NCBI GenBank assembly: GCA_030390025.1
Contig: CM059432.1
Location: 117,306,001 to 117,370,000 of the forward strand
DNA from: Squalus acanthias
Lineage: Eukaryota
Length of the DNA: 64,000 bases
Reading direction: 5' to 3'
Shown here one piece after another: positions 50,907 to 63,194 of this stretch (position 1 is the stretch's first letter; the number at the start of each line of letters is the position of its first letter). A model generated the notes under the pieces. The model was not told the DNA's origin, did no database searches, and saw only the letters and a list, made by a program, of their open reading frames with translations. The position numbers and the translations under genes were made by a program.

Positions 50907-51750
50907 GGGCTGGATTTTGAATGACCCATGGAGTCGGGTTTGGAGGCGGGGGGGTGGTTAAAGTTGCAGATTCGGGGGTCCCGACCCCATCCCGACTCCA
51001 ACCCGCCTCCATGCCAGTTTCTCTGGCAGCGGGTACCCGACCTGGTCTGAGACCCGACTCCCTGAGGCGGGAAGGGATTAGTGACAATTAACTGCCTGTT
51101 AACAGGTAGTTAACAGGCAGTTTTTTGCATAATCCTTATTTTCAAAAGAAAAGTGTGGGCTTCCCGACAGGTGGCAAACACTCCAAGTTATCGGGTCGGG
51201 CCGTGGGTCTGCAGGGGTTGGAGGGGTCGATATGTCCGGTGGGCAGGTGAGTGATGGGTGCATGTGTGCAGAGGTAAGTGTGTAAGGTAAGTGCTAAGTG
51301 TTGGAAAAAGTTTTACTTACCTTAACTTCCTCCTGCAGGTGTCAGCCCTTCAGTTCTCGGGAGTTAGAAATCTCACTGGCACAGAAAGCAGGAAAGCCGT
51401 GGACCTGTCAAAAACAGCAGCCTTCTGTTTTCTGTGATGGAATGATTTCTAACTCAGCCTGAAAGGAAGGACTGAAGTTAGAAATCATAGTGTGAGTGTT
51501 TGACAGCTTCACAGAGCTGTCAAACGCTGATATTTCATCTGTCAAAAGCTCTTGACAGATGAAATGTCAGTCTGTGACATCACCTGTTGCCAGGTGGCCC
51601 TTAATTGGCCTGCTGAGCCCACTGGGCGGGCTCAACAAGGTCAATCAAGGGAAAATACAATGGGTTGGCCACATCTCGATGGAGGCGGGTTCACAAGCCA
51701 GAATGTGTGATTCCCGACCCCAACACGACTCCAACTTCAAAATCCAGCCC
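50907..51750. mobile_element. Harbinger-type MITE M2 (844 bp)
   Basis: Perfect 15-bp TIR GGGCTGGATTTTGAA and perfect 3-bp TSD ATG; splits CR1 ITETW|LQG. Confidence 0.93.
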
Positions 51751-52250
51751 ATGGTTGCAAGGTGGCCAAGGTTGGGAACTAAATGTTCCAGGGTACTTGA
51801 TGTTTCGAAAAGACAGGCAGAATGGAAAAGGAGGGGGAGTAGTCTTGATAATAAAGGATGACATAAGGACAGTAGCGAGAAAGGATCTCGGCTCAAAAGA
51901 TCAGGAAGTAGAATCAGTATGGGTAGAGATAAAGAATAACAAGGGGCAGAAAACACTGGTAGGAGTAATATATAGGCCCCCTAACAGTAGCTATACTGTT
52001 GGACAGAATATTAAGCAAGAAATAGTAGGAGCTTGCAACAAAGGTAATGAAATAATCTTGGGGGACATTAATCTTCATATAGACTGGACAAATCAAATTG
52101 GCAAAGGTAGTCTGGAGGACGAGTTCATGGAATGCATTTGGGGCAGTTTCCTAGAACAATATGTCATAGAACCAACCAGGGAACAGGCTATTTTGGATCT
52201 TGTATTGTGTAATGAGACAGGGTTAATTAGCAATCTCATAATAAAGGATC

Positions 52251-52546
52251 TTAACATAGAAACATAGAAACATAGAAACATAGAATCTAGGAGCAGGAGT
52301 AGGCCATTCGGCCCGTCGAGCCTGCTCCACCATTCAATACGATCATGGCTGATCATCCAAATCCAGTACCCTGTCCCTGCTTAATCCCCACAGTACATAT
52401 ATCCCACCCTACCCCCGTAACCCCACGTATTTAATTCCTCCTAACATATCCCATCCTATCCCCATAACCCCACATATTTAATCCCCCCCTAACACTAAGG
52501 TTCAATTTTTTTTTTTTTTTTTATCATAGCCAAATCAACCTAACCT
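52251..52546 (-). mobile_element. HE1-like SINE 3' part with CR1/HER1-type tail
   Basis: (AAACATAG)n tail plus AGGAGTAGGCCATTCGG, and CTAACACTAAGG...CATAGCCAAATCAACCTAACCT resembling the elasmobranch HE1 core; inserted in the CR1 endonuclease. Confidence 0.6.
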
Positions 52547-53942
52547 TCTGGGGCAGAGTGATCATAATATGATAGAAATTCACATTCATTTTGAGAGTGA
52601 CTTGCCTAAGTCTGAAACTAGAGTCTTAAACTTAAATAAAGCCAATTACATAGGTATGAGGGCCAAGTTGGCTAAGGTAGATTGGAAAAATAGTTTAAAG
52701 GTTATGGCAGTAAATAAGCAGTGGCTAGCATTTAAAGAAATATTTCATAATTCTCAACAAAAATACATTCCATTGAGAAACAAAAACTCCATGGGAAAAG
52801 TGATCCAACCGTGGCTAACTAAAGAAGTTAAGGATAGCATTAGATTGAAAGAAGAAGCTTATAATGTTGCAAAGAATAATAGTAAGCCTGAGGATTGGGA
52901 GAGTTTCAGAAACCAGCAAAGGTTGACCAAAAAATTGATAAAAAGGGAAAAAATAGAATATGAGAGAAAACTAGCAAAAAATATAAAAGCAGATTGTAAG
53001 AGTTTCTACAAGTATGTTAAAAGGAAAAGAGTAGCAAAAGTAAACATTGGTCCCTTAGAGGCTGAGACAGGAGAAATTATTATGGGGAATAAGGAAATGG
53101 CAGAAACGTTAAACAAATATTTTGTATCTGTCTTCACAGTTGAAGACACAAAAAGCATACCAAAAATGGTGGGAAACCAAGGGTCTAATGAGGGTGAGGA
53201 ACTTAACGTAATTAATATAAGTAGAGAACAAGTACAAGAGAAACTAATGGGACTAAAAGCCGACAAATCCCCTGGATCTGATGGCCTACATCCTAAGGTT
53301 CTAAAAGAGGTGGCTGAAGAGATAGTGGATGCATTGATTTTGGTCTTCCAAAATTCCCTAGATTCTAGAATGGTCCCAGTGGATTGGAAGGTCGTGGAGG
53401 GAGAGAAAAAACAAGGAACTACAGGTCAGTTAGCCTGACATCAGTCATCGGGAAAATGCTGGAATCCATTGTTAAGGAAGTGGTGTCAGGGCACTTAGAA
53501 AATCATAACATGATTAGGCAGAGTCAACATAGTTTTATGAAAGGGAAATCATGTTTGACAAATTTATTAGAGTTTTTTGAGGATGTAACTAGCAGGGTAG
53601 ATAAAGGGGAACCAGTGGATGTAGTATATTTGGATTTCCAAAAGGCATTCGATAAGGTGCCACATAAAATGTTATTGCACAAGATTAGGGCTCATGGGGT
53701 TGTGTGTAATAAAATAGCATGGATAGAGGATTGGTTAACGGACAGAAAACAGATAGTCGGATAAACAGATCTTTTTCAGGTTGGCAGGCTGTAACTAGTG
53801 GAGTGCCGCAAGGATCAGTGTTGGGGCCTCAGCTATTTACAATCTATATTAATGACCTAGATGAAGGGACCGAGTGTAATGTAAACAAGTTTGCTGATGA
53901 TACAAAGCTAAGTGGGACAGTATGTTGTGAGGAGAACACAAA

Positions 53943-54661
53943 GGGCTGGATTTTGATACTGGGGCGGGTTGGGGTCGTGTCATCCACTTTTCGTGTTATC
54001 CACCCGACTGCAATTGGATGTGGAAGATTGATGCGATTTTCACCCATTTGGGCAATTGAGTTCCAGCATGTGGGAACCCATGACCTAATTAGTGTTTTCA
54101 GTCTGAAAGTCGCCTCTGATGATGTCATCATTGCTGCTGCATTGAAGGTCTGCAAAGACTGCCTGGCCTTCGCTGTGAGAGGACCTGGATGCAGAATGAG
54201 CAGCAGCAGCCCTAAGTCTGCTCCCAGATATTTTTGCACCACCACTCCCAGATATGTCTCCCTTGCACCACCACTCCCAGATATGTCTCCCTTGCACCAC
54301 CACTCCCAGATATGTCTCCCATTCACCACCACTCCCAGCCAGCCAGCCAGCGTCAGCTATCCAGCTGTGCTCCCACCAGGTTTCACATTCGTGGTTCAGA
54401 ACAGGCGTGCTTCACGTAGAAGAAGGGTTAAAATCACAAAGGCCTTTCAAAATGGCATTATAGAGGCGATTTAGTGCTTGTTAAGGGCCTTAACAGTCTA
54501 TCTCGCCTCTTAGAGGCAGGACGGAGTCGGGACCAGCAGACATGATTTAATGAAAATTGTGTGGAGGCGGGATGGAGGCGGGCTTTGCCCGGCAGTTTTC
54601 GCAATTTTAACCCCCCACACGCCTCCAAACCCACCTCCACGGGTCAATGAAAATCCAGCCC
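53943..54661. mobile_element. Harbinger-type MITE M3 (719 bp) in CR1 RT
   Basis: 12-bp TIR GGGCTGGATTTT / AAAATCCAGCCC, identical to the M2 ends, around a different interior. Confidence 0.88.
54221..54340. repeat. 29-bp minisatellite (about 4 units) inside M3
   Basis: Unit TTGCACCACCACTCCCAGATATGTCTCCC. Confidence 0.92.
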
Positions 54662-55739
54662 AGTGAGTGGGCAGTAAGGTGGCAGATGGAGTATAATGTA
54701 GGGAAATGTGAGGTTATTCACTTTGGTAGGAAGAATAGAAAAACAGAATATTTTTTAAATGTTGAGAAACTTTCAAATGTTGGTGTTCAGAGAGATTTGG
54801 GTGTCCTCGTGCAAGAAACACAGAAAGCTAGCATGCAGGTACAGTAAGCAATAAGGAAGGCAAATGGCCTTTATTGCAAAGGGGTTGGTGCACAAGAGTA
54901 AGGAAGTCTTGCTACAATTGTACAGGGCCTTGGTGAGACCACACCTGGAGTACTGTGCACAGTTTTGGTCACCTTATCTAAGGAAGGATACACTTGCCTT
55001 GGAGGTGGTGTAACGAAGGTTCACCAGACTGATTCCTGAGATGAGAGGGTTGTCCTATGACGAGAGATTGTGTAGAATGGGCCTAAACTCTCTGGAGTTT
55101 AGAAGAATGAGAGGGGATCTCATTGAAACATACAAGATTCTGAAGGGGATTGACAGGGTAGATGCTGAGAGGTTGTTTCCCCTGGCTGGAGTGTCTAGAA
55201 CTAGGGGGCATAGTCTCAGGATAAGGAGTGGGCCATTTAATACTGAGATGAGGAGGAATTTCTTCACTCAGAGGGTTGTGAATCTTTGGAATTCTCTGCC
55301 CCAGAGGGCTGTGAATGCTGAGGCTTTGAGTATATTCAAGGCTGAGATAGATAGATTTTTGGACTCATGGGGAATCAAGGGATATGGAGATCGGGCGGGA
55401 AAGTGGAGTTGAGGTCGATGATCGGCCATGATCTTATTGAATGGCAGATGGGCTGAATGGCCTACTCCTGCTCCTATTTCTTATGTTCTTGTGTTCTTAT
55501 AATGAGTGCTTAATAAACCACAGATCTGCAGTAGTAATAGAGTTGTAGAAATGGGGCAGTGAATTTCAACTATGTTAAGATGAAAGATTGTAGTAAGAAT
55601 CGGGAGAGATTCTTCAAATGCATCCGGGACTGTTTTCTTAAATCAGTATGATGCACGCCCACCAAGGAAGGATGCAGTACCAGATCTAATGCGGGGTATC
55701 AAAGCAGGTTAAATAAGGAGGACATTATAGCGTTTCCAG

Positions 55740-58370
55740 ATTGGAGTGTGTGTTAGCGACTTGGTATTGCCACCCCACTCCATCATTCCATCACTCTCAC
55801 TCAACCTTCTCTTCTTTCCCTCCTTGCAGGAAAAGAGAGCTCACAATAAGAGGGAGAGGGTGAGAATGGGAGGAGGCCCTCAACCCATAGCAATTCTGAC
55901 GAGTGCAGAGGAGGCAGCCAAGGACATTAGTGGAGTGGTGGGCCAGCCGGAATTGGGGGATGGAGAGTGGGGCTCATCAGAACCACCTGGTGACAGAATC
56001 ATTTTCCTACAGCTACATGGCATTCATCAGTCAATCATATGGGGGCTGATGTCAAGAGAAATTGAATGCTCATCATATGCATAATGGTATCTGTATGCAA
56101 TCGACATATATATCTAACTGATGTCTTTACTCTCTCACAGGTCCATCAAGAGCCCCCCACCACTGTCCAGGAGGAATAGCAAGAGGACTCAGAGGAGCCT
56201 CCAGCCTCTGAGGGTGCAGCGTCACCTCAGACAAGGCAAGCCAGCACAAGCGCAGATACACACACCTCGGTGGGGCCATCGTGAGATAGAGTAGTGTTGT
56301 CACCTGGTGTGTCTCACAGCACAGGTGAACAAGTGCAGATGGTGAAGACAGGATCAGCAGTGAAGACTCCTCATCGGAGGGTGCAGGATGCTCCCAGCTC
56401 TGCTCAGCTGCACGCAGATGCTGAGTTCGGGGGTCATCCAGGAACAGGGCGATCCTGGAGCTGCAGGAATAAGTGCAGGAGGCTCTGACAGGTTTCTTGA
56501 CCGCGGTGACTGCGAGTGTGCAGAGAATGGAGGAGTCCATCTCAAACATGACCAAACTGTGGCATACGCACACGCGACTGTAGGTTCCTCCATGGATAGG
56601 ATGGCCACCTGCATGGAGGACCTAGTGTGCCAGTCGCACGAGCACATGGTTTCAATTCAAAATAGATGGGCATCTTTGGAGGAGAGAAACCAAAGGCTCA
56701 TAGACGTCCTCTCTAGGAGGGATGTCAGTATAGACGTGGGTCCTCATGGCCCCACTGATGTGCAGCAAGATGCTCTCCAGCTCCTTACTAGCAGAAAAAT
56801 GCGGGTGGCCCATGAGAGGGATGATGGTGGGAGGGGACATGGAAGTGGGGGCTCCTCTCCAAGTGCTCACAATTCTACCCCCTTGCCAACCCCTCGGTCA
56901 GAGCCCCAGATGCCTCCCCAGACAGCAATGGCCGAGTCTGCCCCTGTACAGTTGCAGGAGGAGCAGACTTTAACGGGGTCCTCACAGACTCCAAAACCCA
57001 GAGGATGACTGCCAAAGGCATCTAAGCAGGCGCAGCAGGGAAGTGAGCAGGCTGCCTCTACCTCTGCTGAAACCACCATGTAGAAGCACTCGGAAAAGAA
57101 AGATGCCACACAAATAGCGTCACAAGGGTAGTCATTTGGGTGTTTTCTTAACGTCTTCAGTGGCTAACCCTTGTCTCCAAGTAGCCAGCTGGAAAGACTG
57201 TTTGACGGTGCGAAGAGCTGAGGGTCGGTGGACTGGTGCAGAATGTAAGAGTCATGGCAGCTGCCAGGGAACTTGGCGCACACATGGATGATGATCTTCC
57301 TATGGTTGCAGACGAGCTGCACATTGAGGGGGTGGAAGCCCTTGCAGTTGGCAAAGACTGCTGGGTTCCAATGGGATGCCCTGATGGCCACATGTGTGCA
57401 GTCGATGACATCCTGCACCCTGCAGATGCCTGGAAGGAGCCTGAGGTGAAGAAGTTGAGGGCAAGGGTGACTTTGACAGCTACTGGTAAGGGTTTGTCCA
57501 CCCGTTTCTCTGGGCTGCAGGTCTTGCTCCAGCAATCTGCAAATGTCTGCGACGACCTGGCGCGATAGCCTGAGCCTCCTTTGGCACTGCTGCTCAGTCA
57601 TGTTGAGGAAGCTCATCCTCTGCCTGTATACCCTGTGTTGGGGGTATCGCCTCCGGCGCGGTCCAGCCCTGCATTGATGCCCTCTGCCCTCTGCAGCATC
57701 AGGTGGTTGAGGAGAAGGTTGATGGTGTTGTTGGTGCTGCTGGTGTGCCTGGTTCTGCTGGTGTTGCGGCTGATCGTGGTCAGATTCTGAGGACCAAGGT
57801 GAGAGAGTATAAACAGTACCCATGTTGATGTAATAGATGGCAGGTGAAGTTGGGATGACAGAAGCAATCTGTCAATGGTGAGAAAGGTTGTTCCAATGAG
57901 GTGACACTGGATACAGAGTTTGCTCCAAACACTTGCAACCTGCTTAAAGCTCAATCTGTCTTCCAAATGCAGTAAGCAACAGCTTCTGAGCTTGGGAAGT
58001 GAACAGCTGTGAGTTGGGAGCTTTTATAGCACATTTGCAGCTGTCAAGTAATCAGATGATTCCATACTGATTCAACTCCTGACCTGCTGACCTGACGTGA
58101 TCCCCAAGCAGCGTGGACCCCATGGGCGACCTCATAAAATGGTAAGGTGAGCTCAAAATACTTTTTAATGGGCTGTTAACAAGGCCATAATGACCTGAAT
58201 TGCCTCCCCCGCCGCTGCGTGTAGGGTCTGTTCAGCCCTGACAGACCCGACATCTGGGAAAGTCGCGTGGCGGCGGGTTGACAGCGGGATCCCGACCTGC
58301 CGTCAAAAAAAAATGTTCCCGCCAGACCCGCCACCGAACATGCCCGCTGAGCCCCCGAAAAATTCCCCCC
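55740..58370. mobile_element. PIF/Harbinger copy H5 (left end missing)
   Basis: Myb-like exons on + (acceptors at 55829 EKRAHNKRE..MGGG and 56140). Transposase on - at 57157..57823 ([51 protein letters not shown]). End AAAATTCCCCCC at 58370. Confidence 0.85.
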
Positions 58371-59712
58371 AAAGTATTTGTTTAAGGTTACTGTTTGTTA
58401 ATTCAGCCCATTGAGACTCTGTTTAAACACTACCATCAGTAAAGAATCTCCTTTCTACGGCTTCAATCATGATCTTCCAGGCTGGTAAAGGCAGCGCTCA
58501 GGCGAGGAATCGCTAATTTCGGAGACTCCTGCCAAAAACGGGAGGGCTGGGAATCCTAGTCTAACCACGGAAAATTTAACAGCCAAAGAAAACTAGTTTC
58601 CATACCTATCTCTTTCAATACCTATCCTTCTAACATTAGCCTCCAGAAGTTTTCATACCAGTTTTTCTTGACTATGAACGCTGATAAGCAGAGGAAAGCT
58701 CATCTCCACCTCAGATCCTTTGCTCCCCTGAAGCGGTGTGGTATTGGATAATGACACAATTGACCTTTGACTTAAGCTACAGCTAACTTTCAAACTTCTA
58801 TTACAGTGCCATTTCTGTAATTACATCATAATGTTAAACCTGAGGCTGGAAATGCCAGAAGATCCATTTTAGACAGGTAGCACTATGGTTGTTATACTGG
58901 ACTGCGAAGACATTTTCAGATGCTTAGCTAGATCCTAGAGGAAATTCCCATCTGATTATTTGGCTGGTGGAAGACATTGTGCATGTTTATTTTGGATAGT
59001 AACACTGATTGCGAAAGATATTCTCGGGTCATTTTTAAGTTTGAAACTGCTTATTTCTACATTGCTGCCATTTATTCCATCTTGGTGGATTGAGGACTTG
59101 AAATGTTACTCACATCTGAAGGGACATCCTAATGGGGCATCTCCCCATTGTCCAGCATAACTTCGGTGGGCGAGCTGCAGAATTCCCCGCAAAAAAGCAC
59201 CACATTTCCAGGGTTTCCATGGCTCTTTCACTGAAGTTACAGCAGACGATCAGGAGAACCTCATGGAAATTCACCCCAACATGTTTTCAGCTGTCAGATG
59301 TTGGCCAATGATGTTACATGGCCAATTGAGGGCACTTTACATTCCATTAGTGATCCTGTTTCTCCTAATCTGAATTAGTGAGGCCTGAAAATGCCTCTAT
59401 CAGTTTCACAGTGAGTAGAAGCTGCTGCAGTTGATCACTGAAACAAAAACTAGAGGTTGGAAATTACTATGGCCGACATTAATGTACGAATCCTTAATGA
59501 CATTCTTCTTTCTGCTACTTTAGCAGAAAAATGAACACATTTATTTTAAATGAATTAATATCTTCATTAAAGTAACAGTCAGAGGGATGCTATGCAAACA
59601 CGTGAAGCAATTGTTTCACTACTTCTGGCAATAGTTATTTTTAAGGAAAACAAATTGAAGTTCAGAGTTCACTCTTTGGAAATGCTGTAAATTGCATAGC
59701 AGGTAAATTAGT

Positions 59713-59771
59713 AGCTGTGGCTCAGTGGGTAGCATTCTCGCCTCTGAGTCAGCAGGTTGTGAGATCAAATC
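59713..59771 (+). mobile_element. tRNA-derived SINE head truncated by LTR insertion
   Basis: A-box TGGCTCAGTGG, then CTCGCCTCTGAGTCAG, then a degenerate B-box GATCAAATC directly followed by the LTR TGTA. Confidence 0.65.
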
Positions 59772-61366
59772 TGTAGAATTCGCAAAATTATCGCGATTTT
59801 ATAATAATAAGAAGGAGACATAAAGTTTCGTATAAACAGCTTTATTTCAGCAAAATACTGTCATGTTTCAAAAAGGACACAAGCAGCCTGTAAAATGGCC
59901 GCCACGCCTCGTGGCAGAATGTTCTAGACTTTCAGTAGGCAGACAAGATGGCGTTTCAATAAACATTTCAGCAAGATCGGACAGGACTCAGCACATTTGA
60001 GATAATGACAAGACGCGATGGGTTTGCATTTCAAACATAAATACTGGAATCGGTTTTCCAGGTACAAATGAGGGCTATTGTACTGAGCGATCAAGGACCC
60101 ATCCAAAGACATTGATATGCAAATTCCCCACGGCTCTACGATGAGAGAGCCATTCGCGGGTACTCACAGCAAGCATTTGGAAGCCCCAAAACCCCTCCAG
60201 GGAGACTACTAGCCGGTTCCACAATGGGAGAAATATTAACGGGTACTCAGACAGTTACAAGTATCACCGTAACCCATTAAAGACTGAGATCACCCCATAC
60301 AAGAAGTTTTGAGCGCCAAAACATGACAAAAGATAGACATTAAGATTGGGCGGGAAAAGAGGAATTACAGCACTATAACTGTAAAGTACAACCGTCCATC
60401 TCTCTCTTGCTGCTTTGACTCGCTGGAAGGCTGCTGAACTCTTATTCTCTTGCCTGACGACTCTGGACTCTGATCCGCCAGGATCAACCTCGTGGCTTGC
60501 CGCGAAGATCTGTGGAGAACTGGGCTGTGAAGGCCTGGAAGCGGGCGCACCATCCCGAGAAGTCGGTAAACGGTGTTGGAACCGAAGGCCCGAGAGGAGA
60601 TGAGATGAGATGAGATGAGAAGAGAAGAAGACGACAATATGTATCGCGACGGTCAGTAAACCCCGACCGCGCCTCTAAATATAAGGACCATTTCTTCGAA
60701 TTCTATCGGCTACTCCACAACTGGTGTCGGTCCGAAAAGACTCTTCTTTGAGTTTTATCAGAGTTCCGAGGTCAACACAGATCTTCATGACAGCAGACGG
60801 TCCAGCCTGCTAGCCGGAGCAGAAGCGAGTAAACAAGTGGGGTACAGAGACCCCTGATCGACACGTGGATAGTCAGGTGCTGTGGTGAAAACATCCGAGC
60901 AGAGTTTCGGAATTCTCCGAGTTATCACGAGTGGTGAGCATGAGTCTCGATCCTACAAATCTAGATTAGGACAGGTATTGATAGGGGAGGGTTTATGTTT
61001 TAAGGATAAATATAATGTGTGTCCCCTTTTTCGATGTGTCGTGCGCTCCTCGTTTCCCAAGCTTTAGTTACATAACCATGTGTAAGTTTGTACTGTCATT
61101 AATCTGTGCTTATGACATGTATTTCGTAGTCTTGAATAATATGCAATAAAGATTTTCCATTTCGCACTATTCAACCGGGTCTACCTGAGTTTTCTCTGCA
61201 TTACTGCTCTCGCACCTAAGTCCAGTGTCAGAACCGTAACGGCGAGTGGGTCGAACCACTCACAGGTTTCTAGTGTTACCAGACGGGCTGGAGACCAGAA
61301 CAGGCAACAAGGCCTAACCCCGCACTAGCACCCAGGCTAAGCACAGAGCCACCTGAACCCCTTACA
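59772..61366 (+). mobile_element. 5' LTR (about 1595 bp) of an endogenous retrovirus-like element
   Basis: TGTAG...CTTACA termini; AATAAA at 61145; CpG-rich; followed by a PBS. The left boundary is inferred from the interrupted SINE. Confidence 0.75.
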
Positions 61367-61370
61367 GATA

Positions 61371-63194
61371 ATGGCGACCACGAAGGGACACTGGCAGCGA
61401 GAAAATAATGTGTTAGACCCTGGTATGAATGTGCGAAATGTTATGGAAGAGAGAATAGCCGATTATGTTTTTGGAAAAGTGAATTTGACTAAGAGATGGA
61501 TAAGTGACCTGCTGGTGGATAAGCGTCCACTAGAGGCAGCCGTGAGGTGGACAGGCAGCAAGGAACATAAAAAATCTGTAGAGAAAGCGGTCTGGCTGAT
61601 GTGTTATAAAAGGCAAGTCCAGCTTTCGGACCAGGTCATCATAGCGCAGGCAGCTCAGATCAAGGGTTTAGAGGTGGAAATGGACGAGAAGGTCGCGGGG
61701 GGGCAGCAGCTCATCGCGTCTTTAAATGCGTTGCATCAAGAACGCCAGTTAGTCGCCAACCATCATGAGGCGAAAATAGATTACCTCGAGTGCCAGGTCA
61801 CTGAGGCAAAATTAAATGAGGGCAGAATAAGGGAGCGATATGCCCGCCTAGCTGCTCAAATAAAAGCCCAGGAAGAGAGCTTAAAGGGGGTTAGGGCGGC
61901 ATATAAGATGGCCCTCGAGGATAAACATGAGGGGGCCGACCACAGCGTCTGCCAAAGAGAGATAGGGAACCTTAAAGAGGCCCTGAATAAAGCGCACGGC
62001 ATGGTGTGCCTTATCAGCCTGTCAGCACACCAGCCGCCGGTGGGTGGGGAATTTCAGAAATCCCCACCGAACAAAGCAGAGGAGGTATTTGCCACTGTGC
62101 CCTCCGCGCCACCCAGCTATTCGGCAACCTGTGTAAGGGAGGAAGTGGTAGAAGTAGAGGGAGAGGTCCCCGAGGTAGGACAGCCCCCTAAAGCAGTAGT
62201 GAAGCCGGGACCGTTGTGCCCGCTTACAGGTATCAAGAGGGGCCCGGAGGGAGACAATGGGGAAGAGGGGAATCTCCTCAACCAGCTTGTGTTGCCTCAC
62301 AGCGCACACCAGCTGAGGGCTATGATCAGCCACGTACGGAAGCTGTCCGAGTCAGACGACCCTTCCATACATTTCAGGGAGGTAGAGCAGACCGCAGCCA
62401 TTAACGGCTGCGACGATGGGGAAAGGGCAAAAATGCTGCTGTTCTCTTTAGACAGCTCGATCCTCCAGTGTCTCTCAGACGCGAGCAAAAGGGGTAATAG
62501 GACCTATGAGGAGTTAAGAGATGAGGTCCTGGAAGTGTTGGGGGCGGACGACGAAGGTCCGTTTGTGAGATTGGGACAGACTATGCAGATGGAGGGAGAA
62601 CCCCCGAAGGTTTTCGCCAACAGGCTGTGGCCTGTCTATCAGCGTAGTCGCCCAGGCGCGCTCGAGCGCGTTGATTTAGACGGTGTTGGTTTAGCTCACT
62701 GGCTCAGATGTATAGTTGCCAACAGCTTACCAGCCGTGAGGGAGCACGGCAAAGCGTGGTTTGATCCCACTAACCCCGCCACAACAGAGGAGTCGGTCCT
62801 AAATCGACTCACGGTAGGGTACCGTAATACCAGGAGTACGGGAGCGCGTCCCCTTAAGGGAAAGGTGCATGAGGCACGGCCCACCGCCCCGGCTCAAAAG
62901 GAGTGGCATCAGGAGGGAAATCGCGTCCCACAAGCCAGTAATGCTTGTTTCGGATGTGGAAAGACAGGGCACTGGCGCAAGAACTGCAGGAACCCTTGGA
63001 AGGAGTCCAGGGATAAAAATCCCGCAGTCCGAGCCCAGGCGCCTGTCTCTGATAGGGGAGCTGGTGTGCCTATCCATCCCGATGCGATCGAATCAATGTT
63101 GGGGGCCATGCGGACCCTCATGATTTCGCAAGGAAGGGTGGCAGTCGCTACCGGCCCCGCAGATGCCGCAGCCCCGTCCAACAGTACCCAATGA
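61371..63194 (+). CDS. gag: Gag polyprotein (607 aa; coiled coil, capsid-like region, one CCHC knuckle)
   Basis: Intact ORF directly after the LTR/PBS with zinc knuckle CFGCGKTGHWRKNC. The true start could be a later ATG. Confidence 0.9.
   Translation: MATTKGHWQRENNVLDPGMNVRNVMEERIADYVFGKVNLTKRWISDLLVDKRPLEAAVRWTGSKEHKKSVEKAVWLMCYKRQVQLSDQVIIAQAAQIKGLEVEMDEKVAGGQQLIASLNALHQERQLVANHHEAKIDYLECQVTEAKLNEGRIRERYARLAAQIKAQEESLKGVRAAYKMALEDKHEGADHSVCQREIGNLKEALNKAHGMVCLISLSAHQPPVGGEFQKSPPNKAEEVFATVPSAPPSYSATCVREEVVEVEGEVPEVGQPPKAVVKPGPLCPLTGIKRGPEGDNGEEGNLLNQLVLPHSAHQLRAMISHVRKLSESDDPSIHFREVEQTAAINGCDDGERAKMLLFSLDSSILQCLSDASKRGNRTYEELRDEVLEVLGADDEGPFVRLGQTMQMEGEPPKVFANRLWPVYQRSRPGALERVDLDGVGLAHWLRCIVANSLPAVREHGKAWFDPTNPATTEESVLNRLTVGYRNTRSTGARPLKGKVHEARPTAPAQKEWHQEGNRVPQASNACFGCGKTGHWRKNCRNPWKESRDKNPAVRAQAPVSDRGAGVPIHPDAIESMLGAMRTLMISQGRVAVATGPADAAAPSNSTQ
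61372..61389 (+). promoter_or_regulatory. Primer binding site, tRNA-Arg(TCG)-like
   Basis: TGGCGACCACGAAGGGAC lies 5 nt after the LTR end. It is complementary to ...GTCCCTTCGTGGTCGCCA, recalled as a vertebrate tRNA-Arg-TCG 3' end. Confidence 0.8.

Larger units (their letters stand above)
50510..55500 (+). mobile_element. Second near-complete CR1 LINE with three nested insertions
   Basis: DGLHLNW ORF1 end; ORF2 pieces 51665..52267, 52569..53438, 53384..53764, 53719.., 54647..54847 and 55041..55412; 3' tail. Confidence 0.93.

Noticed and set aside
54221..54340. CRISPR-like 29-bp repeats
   Set aside because: Head-to-tail units without spacers, in eukaryotic DNA; this is a minisatellite.
53719..54474. 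RT fused to a novel C-terminus
   Set aside because: Chance read-through from CR1 RT into MITE M3.
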